Origin: Candidatus Bathyarchaeota archaeon
GTDB lineage: Archaea; Thermoproteota; Bathyarchaeia; Bathyarchaeales; Bathycorpusculaceae
DNA: 64,000 bases
Reading direction: 5' to 3'
Assembly: GCA_963811105.1 (NCBI GenBank)
Contig: CAWEPZ010000013.1
Span: 96,001-160,000 of the forward strand
Numbering within the stretch: the stretch's first letter is position 1; each line of letters begins with the position of its first letter. The notes beneath the pieces are model-generated. The model searched no databases and had not been told where the DNA came from. It saw only the letters and a list, made by a program, of their open reading frames with translations. Shown here one piece after another: positions 1 to 10,263 of this stretch. The translations under genes and the position numbers were made by a program.

Positions 1-41
1 CCATATAGTTCACCGAAAAAAAAGTAGGCTCTTGAGCCACA

Positions 42-84
42 TGTGGGGTTCGGCGACGTAAGCATGATTTCTGTATCGCTTCAA
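42..84. repeat. 43-bp element downstream of histidine kinase 1 (copy A; copy B at 34825-34867)
   Basis: TGTGGGGTTCGGCGACGTAAGCATGATTTCTGTATCGCTTCAA aligns ungapped at 32/43 nt with 34825-34867. Confidence 0.7.
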
Positions 85-98
85 ATCATACTATTCGC

Positions 99-3000
99 CT
101 ATGAGTCTATTTGATAATTTTCTTTTCCGTGTTTGTTTAGTTTTGGAATGGTTATGGTGAATTTGGCTCCTGTCCCGGATTCTCCATTCTCTTCAATTCT
201 CCAGCCATAAACATCCATCATTTTCTTAGTTAGGAATAATCCGAAGCCTGTGCTGCCGCCTGTGCTAAAACCTTCTTTGAAAAGATTCGGTTTATTCTCC
301 AAAGGCACACCTACACCATCATCCTCATAAACCAACTTTAAGCTATCCTGATCCGCCTCTTCGAAGTGCACTCTTATGGTTGTGGTTTTCTTGCCGTATT
401 TTCTTGTGTTATCAATAAAATTGTAGAACAGCTGTCTTAGAAATGAATCCGCCAAAACAGTCAGGCCATGACATTGATTTATTACAGTTGGGAGTGAACC
501 GGAAAAGAGAGTGCATGCTTCGTTTATGTTGTCTTCTACGTTTATCGGGGTTAGTTTTTCTGCCCCTAGTTGCTCATACATTTTGGCGAAATCAAAAATT
601 CTAACAGTCTCTTTAACAGCCTGCTCCATCTTACCTAACCCATCAACAATATCCGCCTGATCAGCATGCTTCTTCTTGAGTATATACGCATAACCAGTCA
701 CGGCTGAAAGCTTGTTACGAACATCATGCCTAGTTAAATTGCCCACAACACGCAATTTCTCATTCATCAACTCAATCCGCTCACGATCCTCATCCAACTG
801 CTCCTCAGCCTTCTTAAGTTGAGATATGTTCACTATAACGCCTCTCAATCCAAGCTTACCATCTTCAAGAATTATCTTTTCAGAAAACACCAATCCTGGG
901 AACGTACTTCCATCTTTTCTTAGAAACATGAATTCGTTTCCTGATGATTTTTCTCCTTGTATTCTCTTCTGGATGGTTTCTAATGCTGTTTGCCGGGCTT
1001 CCGGGATCAAAAACTTAAAAACATTCATTTGTTGGAGTTCATCTTTGGAGTAGCCAATGATCTCACCAGCTTGCCTATTCACAAAGGTGATTTTCCCTTT
1101 GTCATCAGCTTCAAAAACAATTTCAGGTAGAGAATTCGCAAACTCGCGATATTTTTGTTCGCTCTTCTTCAGCGATTCTTCCGCCTTCTTGCGTTTAGTG
1201 ATGTCTGCAACCAGTGCAAGTGTTCCAATGCTGTTGCCAGCGTCATCCTGAATGGATGAAGCTGCAATATTTGCGTACAGATGGGTACCGTTTTTTTGAA
1301 TAAACTCAAACTCGCATTGCCCCTGGTTGCCTAGTTTGCATTCTTCCAAATTGTGCACAGCAAGATCAGTGTCGGGATTATCCATGAAAGAAGCTAAATT
1401 CTTTCCAATCATTTCACTTTCACTGTATCCTAGCATGTTTGCCATGCGGGGATTAACAAAAACAGTGCGACTGTCGTTATCTAGTGCCCAAACACCTTCT
1501 TGGGCGAGTTCAATTAACTGTCGATACTTCGCTTCGCTTTCAATCAATGCAATCTCAATTTTCTTAGCTTCCGTTACGTCTCGGTAAATACTGAGGACGA
1601 ATTTTTTTCCAGACAATTCAATCGCCTGAGAAGTAGCTATAACATCTCTAATCTCACCGTTTTTGGTTCGGTGTTTGGTTTCAAATTCAGCTATTCCTTC
1701 TCGCAATATCTTATCTATTCTAGCTTTCATTTCAACTGGAGTCTCATCTGCTTTGTAATCAAAGATGCGTAGTCTAGCAAATTCTTCTCTGGAATACCCT
1801 AATTGTTGATGAGCTCTTTCATTAAACTCAACTGGTACCGCGGTTTCAGGGTCAAAAATCAGAATACCAACTGGTGACTGATCAAACAATGTCCGATACC
1901 TCTTTTCAGCTTCCCGAATCCTGGTTTCCATCTGTTTTCTTTCTGTAATGTCTCTGGCAACATGAATTACGACTGTTTTTCCTTCGGAATTTTTGACAAG
2001 GCGAGCTGAAATATCCACAATTCGTTCATTATTGTTTTCATCAAAGTGTTTATGTTCAACCGTTGTAGTTTCTTTGGTTTCAAGTACTCTCTGAATTGGG
2101 CAGATGTGTTCTGGAGAATTACAGGGAGTCAATGAGCGGTGGGTTGTTTCATAACATGTCTTTCCAATTAGTTCTTCCTTCCTAATTTTTAATTGTCTTA
2201 ATGCTTCTTCATTGGTACTAATTATTTTATAGTCATCGGGGTCGATTACTAACAGGGCATCGTCAAGCGAATCTATTATTCTTTCATAAAATTCTTTCAA
2301 ATTTATCAGTTTTACTTCAGCTTTCTTTTGTTCTGTAATGTCTTTTGCGATGTGTACGCATTGAATGAGGTTTCCTTCTTCGTCAAGAACTGGCGAAGTG
2401 GTTATGAGTAAAGGCAAGCCTATGTTTGGGTCGTTAATTTCTGCTGTCACAGTTTGTTTTGTTTCAAATGTCTTTCCTGCGGGGCAATTCGACCAGGGTA
2501 CATTGGTTCTGTGCACAACTTCATAACAATGTTTGCCGATCAAGTCTTCCGGCTTTTTCTTTAAGACATCGCAAGTGCTCTTGTTAACTCTAGTAATGAT
2601 TCTGTTTTTGTCCATGACAAAAAGTAGATCCCCAACGCCATCCAAAATCTTATTGACTTCATCGGACTCTTTGGTTTTTTCTTTTGTTGTATTGTTGCAT
2701 TCGATGATGTCTTTGCTTACGTGGATTATTTGAACTATTTTTCCATCTTTGTCTTTCACTGGGTGAACTGCAACTTCTACATCTACCGGTTTGTTATTCT
2801 TGTCAAAATGCTGGTGAACTATTACGGAAGATTTGCCTGTCTTTATCGTTTTTTCTATTGGACAAGCGTCCTGAGGAGAGGTGCAAGGCGTTAACCTGTG
2901 ATGTGTGGCTTCGTAGCATGTTTTGCCAATTAACTCTTCTTTTACTGATTTCAGTTGTTCCAAAGCAGCTTTGTTTGCGTCTATTATTGTGTAATTAATT

Positions 3001-3491
3001 GGATCAATTACTATAAGGGCGTCGCTAATTGAATCAATTGCTCTTTCGCCGAATTCTTTCAAAAAGATTATTTTCGCCTTAGACCTTTTTTGTTCCACCG
3101 TTATATCAATCGCGTGTGCCAGTTCAAAATACACAGTTTCTGGATCGCCATTCTTATTGACGTAGCGATCAGCGCCAAAATTCAGGGCACTAATAATAAC
3201 TTCTTCTCTGCCTTTTCCTGTGAACATAATAAAAGGAATATCGTTTTTTTGTTCTCTAAGTTCTTTGAGAAATTCTAGCCCATTTTTTGTAGGCATTTCA
3301 TAGTCAGAAACTACAACATCATAACTTTCATTTGCCAGTTTACTGAGGGCTTCATCAACAGAAGAGGCATGATCTATCTTAAAGTTATCCATATCCATTA
3401 GAATCTGCTTTGAAATCTCCAGCAGGGAAAGGTCATCGTCAACATGCAAAACGTTGATAACACTAGTCTTCTCTTCAGTTGAGATAACCAA
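99..3491 (-). CDS. Hybrid sensor histidine kinase: N-terminal receiver, about six PAS domains, HisKA/HATPase
   Basis: REC motifs LHVDDD, SDYEMP, FTGKG; repeated PAS/PAC units (DIT.RK); H-box RHDVRNKL; N-box FYNFIDN; G-boxes EDDGVG and GSTGFGL. Start placed at TTG 3491 by analogy with the paralogue start at 37981; the ORF is open to 3548. Confidence 0.93.
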   Translation of the reverse strand: MVISTEEKTSVINVLHVDDDLSLLEISKQILMDMDNFKIDHASSVDEALSKLANESYDVVVSDYEMPTKNGLEFLKELREQKNDIPFIMFTGKGREEVIISALNFGADRYVNKNGDPETVYFELAHAIDITVEQKRSKAKIIFLKEFGERAIDSISDALIVIDPINYTIIDANKAALEQLKSVKEELIGKTCYEATHHRLTPCTSPQDACPIEKTIKTGKSSVIVHQHFDKNNKPVDVEVAVHPVKDKDGKIVQIIHVSKDIIECNNTTKEKTKESDEVNKILDGVGDLLFVMDKNRIITRVNKSTCDVLKKKPEDLIGKHCYEVVHRTNVPWSNCPAGKTFETKQTVTAEINDPNIGLPLLITTSPVLDEEGNLIQCVHIAKDITEQKKAEVKLINLKEFYERIIDSLDDALLVIDPDDYKIISTNEEALRQLKIRKEELIGKTCYETTHRSLTPCNSPEHICPIQRVLETKETTTVEHKHFDENNNERIVDISARLVKNSEGKTVVIHVARDITERKQMETRIREAEKRYRTLFDQSPVGILIFDPETAVPVEFNERAHQQLGYSREEFARLRIFDYKADETPVEMKARIDKILREGIAEFETKHRTKNGEIRDVIATSQAIELSGKKFVLSIYRDVTEAKKIEIALIESEAKYRQLIELAQEGVWALDNDSRTVFVNPRMANMLGYSESEMIGKNLASFMDNPDTDLAVHNLEECKLGNQGQCEFEFIQKNGTHLYANIAASSIQDDAGNSIGTLALVADITKRKKAEESLKKSEQKYREFANSLPEIVFEADDKGKITFVNRQAGEIIGYSKDELQQMNVFKFLIPEARQTALETIQKRIQGEKSSGNEFMFLRKDGSTFPGLVFSEKIILEDGKLGLRGVIVNISQLKKAEEQLDEDRERIELMNEKLRVVGNLTRHDVRNKLSAVTGYAYILKKKHADQADIVDGLGKMEQAVKETVRIFDFAKMYEQLGAEKLTPINVEDNINEACTLFSGSLPTVINQCHGLTVLADSFLRQLFYNFIDNTRKYGKKTTTIRVHFEEADQDSLKLVYEDDGVGVPLENKPNLFKEGFSTGGSTGFGLFLTKKMMDVYGWRIEENGESGTGAKFTITIPKLNKHGKENYQIDS

Positions 3492-3572
3492 ATCAGTTGT
3501 TTCTACAACTATTTTATTTTGATTGAGGTGTTGTATTAACCATACCACAACTTAGATTGTTGATGAATTGAT

Positions 3573-3597
3573 AATAAATCAGTTGTGAATTCAGAAT
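3573..3597 (-). promoter_or_regulatory. Shared extended promoter motif (upstream box + BRE/TATA), copy A
   Basis: Minus strand ATTCTGAATTCACAACTGATTTATT; 20/25 identical to the copy at 40635-40659. Confidence 0.6.
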
Positions 3598-4408
3598 ACT
3601 GAACAAAGATTACGCCAATTAGAGATAGAATTGGAAAAAAAAATTTGTTAACCTTTATTTTATACTTTTGAAAACCAGCCAAAAGCCACAGCTCCCCTTG
3701 CCGTAACATAATATTCCCTGTGGATATGCACAAATTTTTTCTTACTGCGCATTGATGAAACGCTTTTTGCAGAATTTCTTCAGCCTCCTTGAAACGAGAG
3801 CTCTGGGTCTAGGGAGAATTGGGGATGACATAAGTCCTCAGTTTTTAGTGAGAGAAAATTGAAATCTTATGTTTCCAGTCGTTGTTTGTGTTTCTTCCAA
3901 GACGTCACAGCATCAGATTGTTCACTCTTTGGTGATTCGATCTAATCCCAGTATTTCTGTATGGTATTTTGTACAGGCATGCCCACGCCTTTTCCTTTCT
4001 ATTTTTTGAGGTTTGTGGGGTCAGGGAAATTTATGATTAGTTTGTACTGTAATAGTGATCCTTAGTTATCGAGACTATTATCTCGTTTGTTAGATTCTTG
4101 ATGCTACTGATAGAAGCTATTCTATTAGCATCAAGTTGCACCCAAAAAAATAAGCCAGTTCGAAGCGTTCCCAGTGAAGGTGAAGTAAAACAAAAACAGA
4201 ATTGTATATCGACTTTACGCTTTGAAAGCATATACAATACGTGAAGTTTTGGGGCATAAGCTGAAATGGAAAGCAAGCGGAAAGCTACTCTGTTAGCGGA
4301 AAAACTAAAATTTAATCCCATACACTGACATGCCTAATAATCAACGTTTAATATTCGAATAATATAATTAGTATTGTAAGTTAGGTACAGATTTGAGAAG
4401 GTGAGACT

Positions 4409-5695
4409 ATGAAAACAGAATCATTTAATGTTGACAAAAAAGTAATGGAAATCGTCATAGAGGACGACATGGCAAAAAAGAGACAGTTAGCCAAAAAGAT
4501 TTTCGATGTTGCTTACAAAGAGGGGATTTACCCCTCAAGTATTCATGAGTTTTACATGGCTCGCGGCAGGGGCGAAATCGCGGGTTTCACTGTCCCAGCG
4601 ATAAATCTAAGAAGTATGACCTATGATTTAGCTCGCTCAATATTCAGGGTAGCAAAGAAAAATAACTCTAACGTTTTCATCTTTGAAATCGCTCGATCTG
4701 AAATTAGCTACACAAATCAGCCGCCGATCGAATTCGCAAGCATGGTAATGGGAGCTGCGATAAAAGAAAACTATTTCGGTCCAGTCTTTATCCAAGGAGA
4801 CCATTTTCAAGTTAATGCCGCCAAGTATAAAGAGAGCCCTGATGCTGAAATTGAAAATTTGCAGGCTTTAATCAGGGATGCAATTAGTTCGGGTTTTCTG
4901 AACATCGATATTGATTCATCAACGCTGGTCGATTTATCTAAACCGAATTTGAATGAACAACAGCTTCTTAACCATGATGTTTGCGTAAGGCTTACGCAAT
5001 TTATTCGCCATTTTGAACCAAAAGGGATAACGATTTCGGTGGGTGGAGAAATTGGCGAGATTGGGCATAAGAATTCGACGCCAGAAGACCTTCACGCCTT
5101 TATGGCTGGTCTCAAAGAGAAGCTGGGCAAGGATTTGGCTGGCATTAGTAAAATTTCAGTTCAGACGGGAACAACTCATGGTGGTGTAGTTCTGCCTGAT
5201 GGGTCAATGGCGCAAGTTAAGCTTGACTTTGACACGTTAAAGATTCTTTCTGAAATCGCCTGTAGAGAATATGGGTTGGCGGGGGCTGTTCAGCATGGAG
5301 CATCAACTCTGCCTTCTGAGGCATTTCACAAGTTTGTCGAATGTGAGACCGCCGAAGTGCATTTGGCTACAGAGTTTCAGAACATGATTTACGATTCAAA
5401 GCATTTTCCAGATGATCTAAAAAAGAGAATTTATGCCTGGCTAAAAGTCAACGCCATAAGCGAGGCTAAGCAAGGCGAAACTGAGGATCAATTTCTCTAT
5501 AAAACCAGAAAAAAAGCGTTTGGTTCTTTCAAGAAAGAAATAATGAGTCTGCCCCAGGAAACGCGTGATGCTATTGCAGCTGAAATCGAGATTAAGTTTG
5601 ATTTTCTCTTCAAGCAACTCAACATTGCAAACAAGAGAGACTTATTGAATAAATACGTAAACACCCCGTCGAGCAAAGAAAACCGTACGCCATAG
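4409..5695 (+). CDS. fba: Class II fructose-bisphosphate aldolase family protein
   Basis: Motifs QGDH, GGEIGEIG, GTTHGG and VQHGAST are typical of metal-dependent class II aldolases; GGTGA SD upstream. Confidence 0.85.
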   Translation: MKTESFNVDKKVMEIVIEDDMAKKRQLAKKIFDVAYKEGIYPSSIHEFYMARGRGEIAGFTVPAINLRSMTYDLARSIFRVAKKNNSNVFIFEIARSEISYTNQPPIEFASMVMGAAIKENYFGPVFIQGDHFQVNAAKYKESPDAEIENLQALIRDAISSGFLNIDIDSSTLVDLSKPNLNEQQLLNHDVCVRLTQFIRHFEPKGITISVGGEIGEIGHKNSTPEDLHAFMAGLKEKLGKDLAGISKISVQTGTTHGGVVLPDGSMAQVKLDFDTLKILSEIACREYGLAGAVQHGASTLPSEAFHKFVECETAEVHLATEFQNMIYDSKHFPDDLKKRIYAWLKVNAISEAKQGETEDQFLYKTRKKAFGSFKKEIMSLPQETRDAIAAEIEIKFDFLFKQLNIANKRDLLNKYVNTPSSKENRTP

Positions 5696-6502
5696 CATCC
5701 AAGAGGAACTTTTCTAAAATCTGTTCTCAGATTTTACCCTTTTTCATTATTACCAATAAACATTAGACTTAATCATGACTCGAGCTATTACTCACAGAAA
5801 ATATTAGGTGCGCTTAAAAGCAATACTCGCTTCCGACAATACCTCTTACCTCACGTTGATTTTGTCTTGCTTAGAAACGTATACTCGATTCCGACTATCC
5901 GCAAGTATGACTTTTTGACCGCGGAGAAAGATATTCTATGCAACGAGTTTTCGGATATTGATAGGTCGGCTTTCCATGATATTGACTTCGCGATTTTTTG
6001 CTTGCATTTAGTTGGAATCTCACAAGACTTTCACATCAACACTTTGCATAGAGGAAATAAATCTTGGTTTGAGAAATAGAAAAACAAATGCCGATTTCTT
6101 ATGCATATTTTTGTTTAAAGTTGATGATAAAAAGGGCATTGGGACAAAACTTGGGAAGCTCTTTGTTTTTGGCAAAGCCTTGTTTGCTTTAACATCATGC
6201 AAAACGGCTATTTCAGAGTAGTAGAACAAATCCACCTCATCCTCAATTTAGAGATGGGCTTGACGGGCTTTGCGATAGCATATTTTGTTTACATTTTCGC
6301 TCACTTTGTTTTTTCCAACAGATAAAACTTCTTTTCCCCTCAAAATGATCGTCTAAACCGCAATTTTTGAGGAGCTGAGCTGCTTTTTTAGAAGATCTGC
6401 GAAAACCCTATAAGCGATGAAAGCCCACCTTATCGGAACTATGCCCGAGGCGGATTCAAAAATACGGAAGGAAGCCGGAATAGTGAGCAAAAAATTCAAC
6501 AA

Positions 6503-9478
6503 ATGCTCAGTTCTGAGGAGCTTTTAAACCTTCCAACTAATGAGCTTCTTTCTCGATTAAACACTTCATCAAATGGACTTACTTGTTCGGAAGCAGAGAA
6601 ACGCCTTGAAGTTTATGGTCGAAATGAATTTGCCAAGAAAAAGAAAAGGGCAGCTATTTTCAATTTTCTATCTCGGTTCAAAAGCCCACTAGTAATAATA
6701 TTAATAATTGCAGGTGGAGTTTCTGCAGCCCTCGGAGCAATTCCTAGCGTAATAGTAATCTATACAATGGTTATCCTAAGTGTATCTCTTGCATACTATC
6801 AGGAAAACAACGCTTCAAAAGCAGCCGAGCTACTAAGAGAAAAAGTCGCCACTTTAGCCACGGTCCTAAGGGATAACACTAAACAAGAAATTAAGCTTCC
6901 ACTAATTGTTCCTGGCGACATAATTTATCTTTCAGCGGGAGACATCACACCGGCTGATGCCCGAATTATCGAGGCTAAGGACCTTTTCGTCAACCAATCA
7001 GCATTAACTGGTGAATCATTTCCAGTCGAAAAAACGTCTGCACCAATAAAAACTAAAAGTGCTTCGATAACTGAATGGAATAATTATCTGTTTATGGGCA
7101 CTTCAATAGTTAGTGGATCAGCTTCAGCAGTGGCTGTGCGGACTGGCGGTTTTACAGAATATGGGAAAATAGCTGCAAAACTTGTCGAGAAAGCTCCCGA
7201 AACAGAGTTTGAACGGGGCACAACGCAATTCGGTATTCTGATAATGCAAGTCACTTTTTTGTTGGTTATGTTCGTTTTCATGATAAACGCACTTCTTCAT
7301 CCTAATGCACAAGGCATATTGCAGGCTCTTCTTTTCGCCGTTGCTCTCGCGGTAGGTTTGACGCCTGAGCTCTTGCCCATGATTATTACCATAAATCTTT
7401 CAAAAGGGGCTCAAGCTATGTCTAAGAAAGGCGTTATCGTAAAGCGTTTGTCGTCAATTGAAACCTTTGGCAGCATGAACGTTTTGTGCACTGATAAAAC
7501 TGGTACGCTTACTGAGAACCAAATTAAACTCTTGTTGCATATTGACATGGAAGGGAAAGAAGATGAAAAAGTACTACTTTATTCCTTCCTAAACAGTCGT
7601 TTCCAAACTGGACTCAAAAGTCCACTTGATGAAGCCATCCTCAAGCATCAAGAGATTGACATAACAAAGTTCCAAAAGATTGACGAGGTACCGTTCGATT
7701 TTGTTAGAAGACGTGTCTCAGTTGTGGTTGAAAAGGACCGGCAACGATTCTTTATCGCTAAAGGTGCCCCAGAAGAAATACTCAAAGTATGTGCCTTCTA
7801 TGAAATCGAAGGCGTAATTTCTGATATATCTGAAAGAATACGGAGAAAGATTGAGCAGAAATATTTTGACCTAAGCGCTGATGGGTTAAGAGTTTTAGGT
7901 GTTGCATCCAAGAAACTTCGTGAAGAAAAAGCTGTTTATTCTATAAATGACGAAAGGGAAATGACTTTTTTGGGGTTTGTGGCATTTCTTGACCCTCCTA
8001 AAGAAACTGCTAAACAATCTCTTCAATTGCTCAGCAAGGCAAAAGTGGAACTGAAAATTCTAACGGGTGATAACGAATTTGTTACCAGAAAAGTCTGCAG
8101 CGAACTGGGTTTTGAGGTTAAAGCTGTAGCTTTGGGAAATGAGATTGCCCTGATGAGTGATGAAGCTCTTTCGGCGGTTGTTGAAGAGGCTAACGTTTTT
8201 GCAAGGGTAACTCCTGCCCAAAAAGACCGAATTATTAATGTTTTGAAAACCAATGGGCATGTTGTCGGTTTCATGGGTGATGGCATCAATGATGCGCCTT
8301 CGCTCAAGACTTCAGACGTGGGCATATCCGTTAACAATGCAGTTGATGTTGCAAGGGAGTCGGCCGACATTATTTTGCTGAAGAATGATTTGACTGTTTT
8401 GGGCGAAGGTGTATTGGAAGGAAGAAAAACTTTCGGCAACACTATGAAATATATTATGATGGGTGTAAGCTCTAATTTTGGCAACATGTTCAGTGCAGCT
8501 GGAGGTTCAATATTCTTGCCGTTTTTGCCTATGTTGCCTATCCAAATTCTTTTGAATAATTTGCTTTACGATACATCGCAAACGGTTATGACCACCGATA
8601 ATGTGGATGCAGAGTACATCGAAAAGCCAAAACGTTGGGATATTTCTTTCATCAGAAGGTTTATGATTATTATTGGCCCTGTAAGTTCTCTGTTTGACTA
8701 TGTGACTTTCTTTACGATGTTATTTGTTTTTCAAAAAATGATAGATCCGAAGCTGTTTCCGTCCTCGTTCCAAACTGCATGGTTTATCGAGTCACTTTGT
8801 TCACAAACACTCGTGGTTCTTATTATAAGAACTAGACGAGTGCCTTTCTACAAGAGCAAACCAAGCAAATACCTGGCTTTAATGCTCCTGACAGTCATCA
8901 GCTTTGCCATAATAGTCCCGTATACGCCATTAGGTGCATTCTTCGGATTTACTCCGCCTCCACCTACGTTTTACTTGGCTTTAGCTGGAATTCTGGGTGC
9001 TTATGCAGTGCTTGCTGAAACTGTCAAAAAATGGTTTTACAAACGTTATGGTAACCGGGTGGAGCAGGTTTTGGTGCCGAAGAGAAAGACTATTTACTCG
9101 AGCAGAACGACGAAGCTGATGCAGGATATGATTGCTGCGATTAGTCTACGTCCGGAAGGCCAAATTTCGATTGAGGCTCTAACAGATGACTTGAAAGATG
9201 TTTTGAATTATCCTTTTAACTCAGACCAGATGGTTCGAAATCTTCAGTATTTGCATCGTTTAGACTATATAAGTGTGGACTGGCTGAGAAGAACGATAAA
9301 ACGTGATGCTTCATTGAGTGAATACGTAAAGAAAAATGTCACAGCGAGCCAAAAGTGGGCGACTTTAGCGGACGATTGGCGAAAAATAGGCAAATTAATT
9401 CAAACCAAGCATAAGAGCTTAAATAAAGAATACGAAGATTACTTCCTCGAAAACAAAGAAAAAGAGCACCAGTCTTAA
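6503..9478 (+). CDS. mgtA: Magnesium-translocating P-type ATPase (P3B) with a ~130-aa C-terminal extension
   Basis: TGES, GLTPELLP, phosphorylation site DKTGTLT, KGAPEE, GDGIND, SSNFGN, LLNNLLYD and FQTAWFIESL signatures. The true start may be ATG 6441 with a 1-nt homopolymer indel. Confidence 0.93.
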   Translation: MLSSEELLNLPTNELLSRLNTSSNGLTCSEAEKRLEVYGRNEFAKKKKRAAIFNFLSRFKSPLVIILIIAGGVSAALGAIPSVIVIYTMVILSVSLAYYQENNASKAAELLREKVATLATVLRDNTKQEIKLPLIVPGDIIYLSAGDITPADARIIEAKDLFVNQSALTGESFPVEKTSAPIKTKSASITEWNNYLFMGTSIVSGSASAVAVRTGGFTEYGKIAAKLVEKAPETEFERGTTQFGILIMQVTFLLVMFVFMINALLHPNAQGILQALLFAVALAVGLTPELLPMIITINLSKGAQAMSKKGVIVKRLSSIETFGSMNVLCTDKTGTLTENQIKLLLHIDMEGKEDEKVLLYSFLNSRFQTGLKSPLDEAILKHQEIDITKFQKIDEVPFDFVRRRVSVVVEKDRQRFFIAKGAPEEILKVCAFYEIEGVISDISERIRRKIEQKYFDLSADGLRVLGVASKKLREEKAVYSINDEREMTFLGFVAFLDPPKETAKQSLQLLSKAKVELKILTGDNEFVTRKVCSELGFEVKAVALGNEIALMSDEALSAVVEEANVFARVTPAQKDRIINVLKTNGHVVGFMGDGINDAPSLKTSDVGISVNNAVDVARESADIILLKNDLTVLGEGVLEGRKTFGNTMKYIMMGVSSNFGNMFSAAGGSIFLPFLPMLPIQILLNNLLYDTSQTVMTTDNVDAEYIEKPKRWDISFIRRFMIIIGPVSSLFDYVTFFTMLFVFQKMIDPKLFPSSFQTAWFIESLCSQTLVVLIIRTRRVPFYKSKPSKYLALMLLTVISFAIIVPYTPLGAFFGFTPPPPTFYLALAGILGAYAVLAETVKKWFYKRYGNRVEQVLVPKRKTIYSSRTTKLMQDMIAAISLRPEGQISIEALTDDLKDVLNYPFNSDQMVRNLQYLHRLDYISVDWLRRTIKRDASLSEYVKKNVTASQKWATLADDWRKIGKLIQTKHKSLNKEYEDYFLENKEKEHQS

Positions 9479-9639
9479 AACAAGAAACTTCCCCAAGGTC
9501 TTTCAAGTGGTAATATTTTGATAGCCACAAACGCTTGAATAAAGAATTGTTTTGTGTCCCTATAAAAAAAGCCCTTCTTGAGTAAAAAGCATGAGCCCTT
9601 CTTTCTTTTCAGCGCACAGTTAGGCTGTCGCTAAATATT

Positions 9640-9975
9640 GGGCTACCCGCTTTTGGAAGAAGATGGATAATTCTCTTCTTCGTAGTCGGAGTTGGGGATA
9701 TGGAATTCTCGATTAACACTCTTGGCTACAATGTTTTAGGGGTTAGTTTGATTATTAGGTCTTGTCACTGCATATAGCCGGTTTATTATTCCAGCATTAT
9801 ATTTGGCAAACCTGCATCTTCGCAAAAAAAGAGTAAAAATACTCTTTATCTTGCTGCGCATCTTGAGCTGATATTTGGCGCTGTTGATATTCTTTCCAGA
9901 ATTTCTTTTGGCATCGACCTTCATATTGTATTTTGGCTTCCTTATCAATGATTTTTACTCTTAATCTTAGGCATC
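9640..9975 (+). pseudogene. Degraded small membrane-protein remnant
   Basis: Hydrophobic stretches (WIILFFVVGVG, LALLIFFPEFLLASTFILYFGFL) are split across frames by stops and indels. Confidence 0.3.
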
Positions 9976-10096
9976 GCAAGTCTTTTCTTTGCCAAAACCC
10001 GAAAGTGACTGATAATTATGTATTTGTGTTGTACATATCTGCAGGTCTTAGATAGAATTCTGAAGGTTTAAATTTAAGTCGGACAAAATTGAAGAT

Positions 10097-10228
10097 ATGC
10101 CTCAACAAAGCAACCGGAAATCAAAGCAAATATTTAGCAAGCTACCTAACTATGGCTATTCAGAAAGAGCTGCTAATCTAATTTGGGAATGGTACAATCC
10201 CTCGGAGAAAGTTGACGCAATTTTCTAG
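10097..10228 (+). CDS. 43-aa microprotein (MPQQSNRKSKQIFSKLPNYGYSERAANLIWEWYNPSEKVDAIF)
   Basis: Clean ATG..TAG ORF below the track cutoff, with TATA-like TTTAAAT ~25 nt upstream. GYSExAAxxIWxWY resembles small Bathyarchaeia proteins (from recollection). Confidence 0.65.
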   Translation: MPQQSNRKSKQIFSKLPNYGYSERAANLIWEWYNPSEKVDAIF

Positions 10229-10263
10229 TTACTTATTTGTTATTCAAGATTTTTGGTTAATTT

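Noticed and set aside
826-3278. Short ORFs antisense to kinase 1, and similar shadow ORFs opposite mgtA, pilus, PQQ, Ig and NHL genes
   Set aside because: They lie wholly within well-supported genes on the other strand or frame and have no motifs.
3620-4330. Possible decayed PAS fragment and ORFs 3536-3733 and 4037-4321
   Set aside because: Only vague similarity; no frame could be reconstructed with confidence.
5760-6240. Overlapping ~70-aa ORFs between fba and mgtA; possible Mg2+ riboswitch or leader peptide
   Set aside because: No recognisable family, no Pro-rich MgtL-like peptide and no M-box features visible.
6441-6503. Programmed frameshift at the mgtA 5' end
   Set aside because: One missing A in a homopolymer is more simply a sequencing error or an alternative start.
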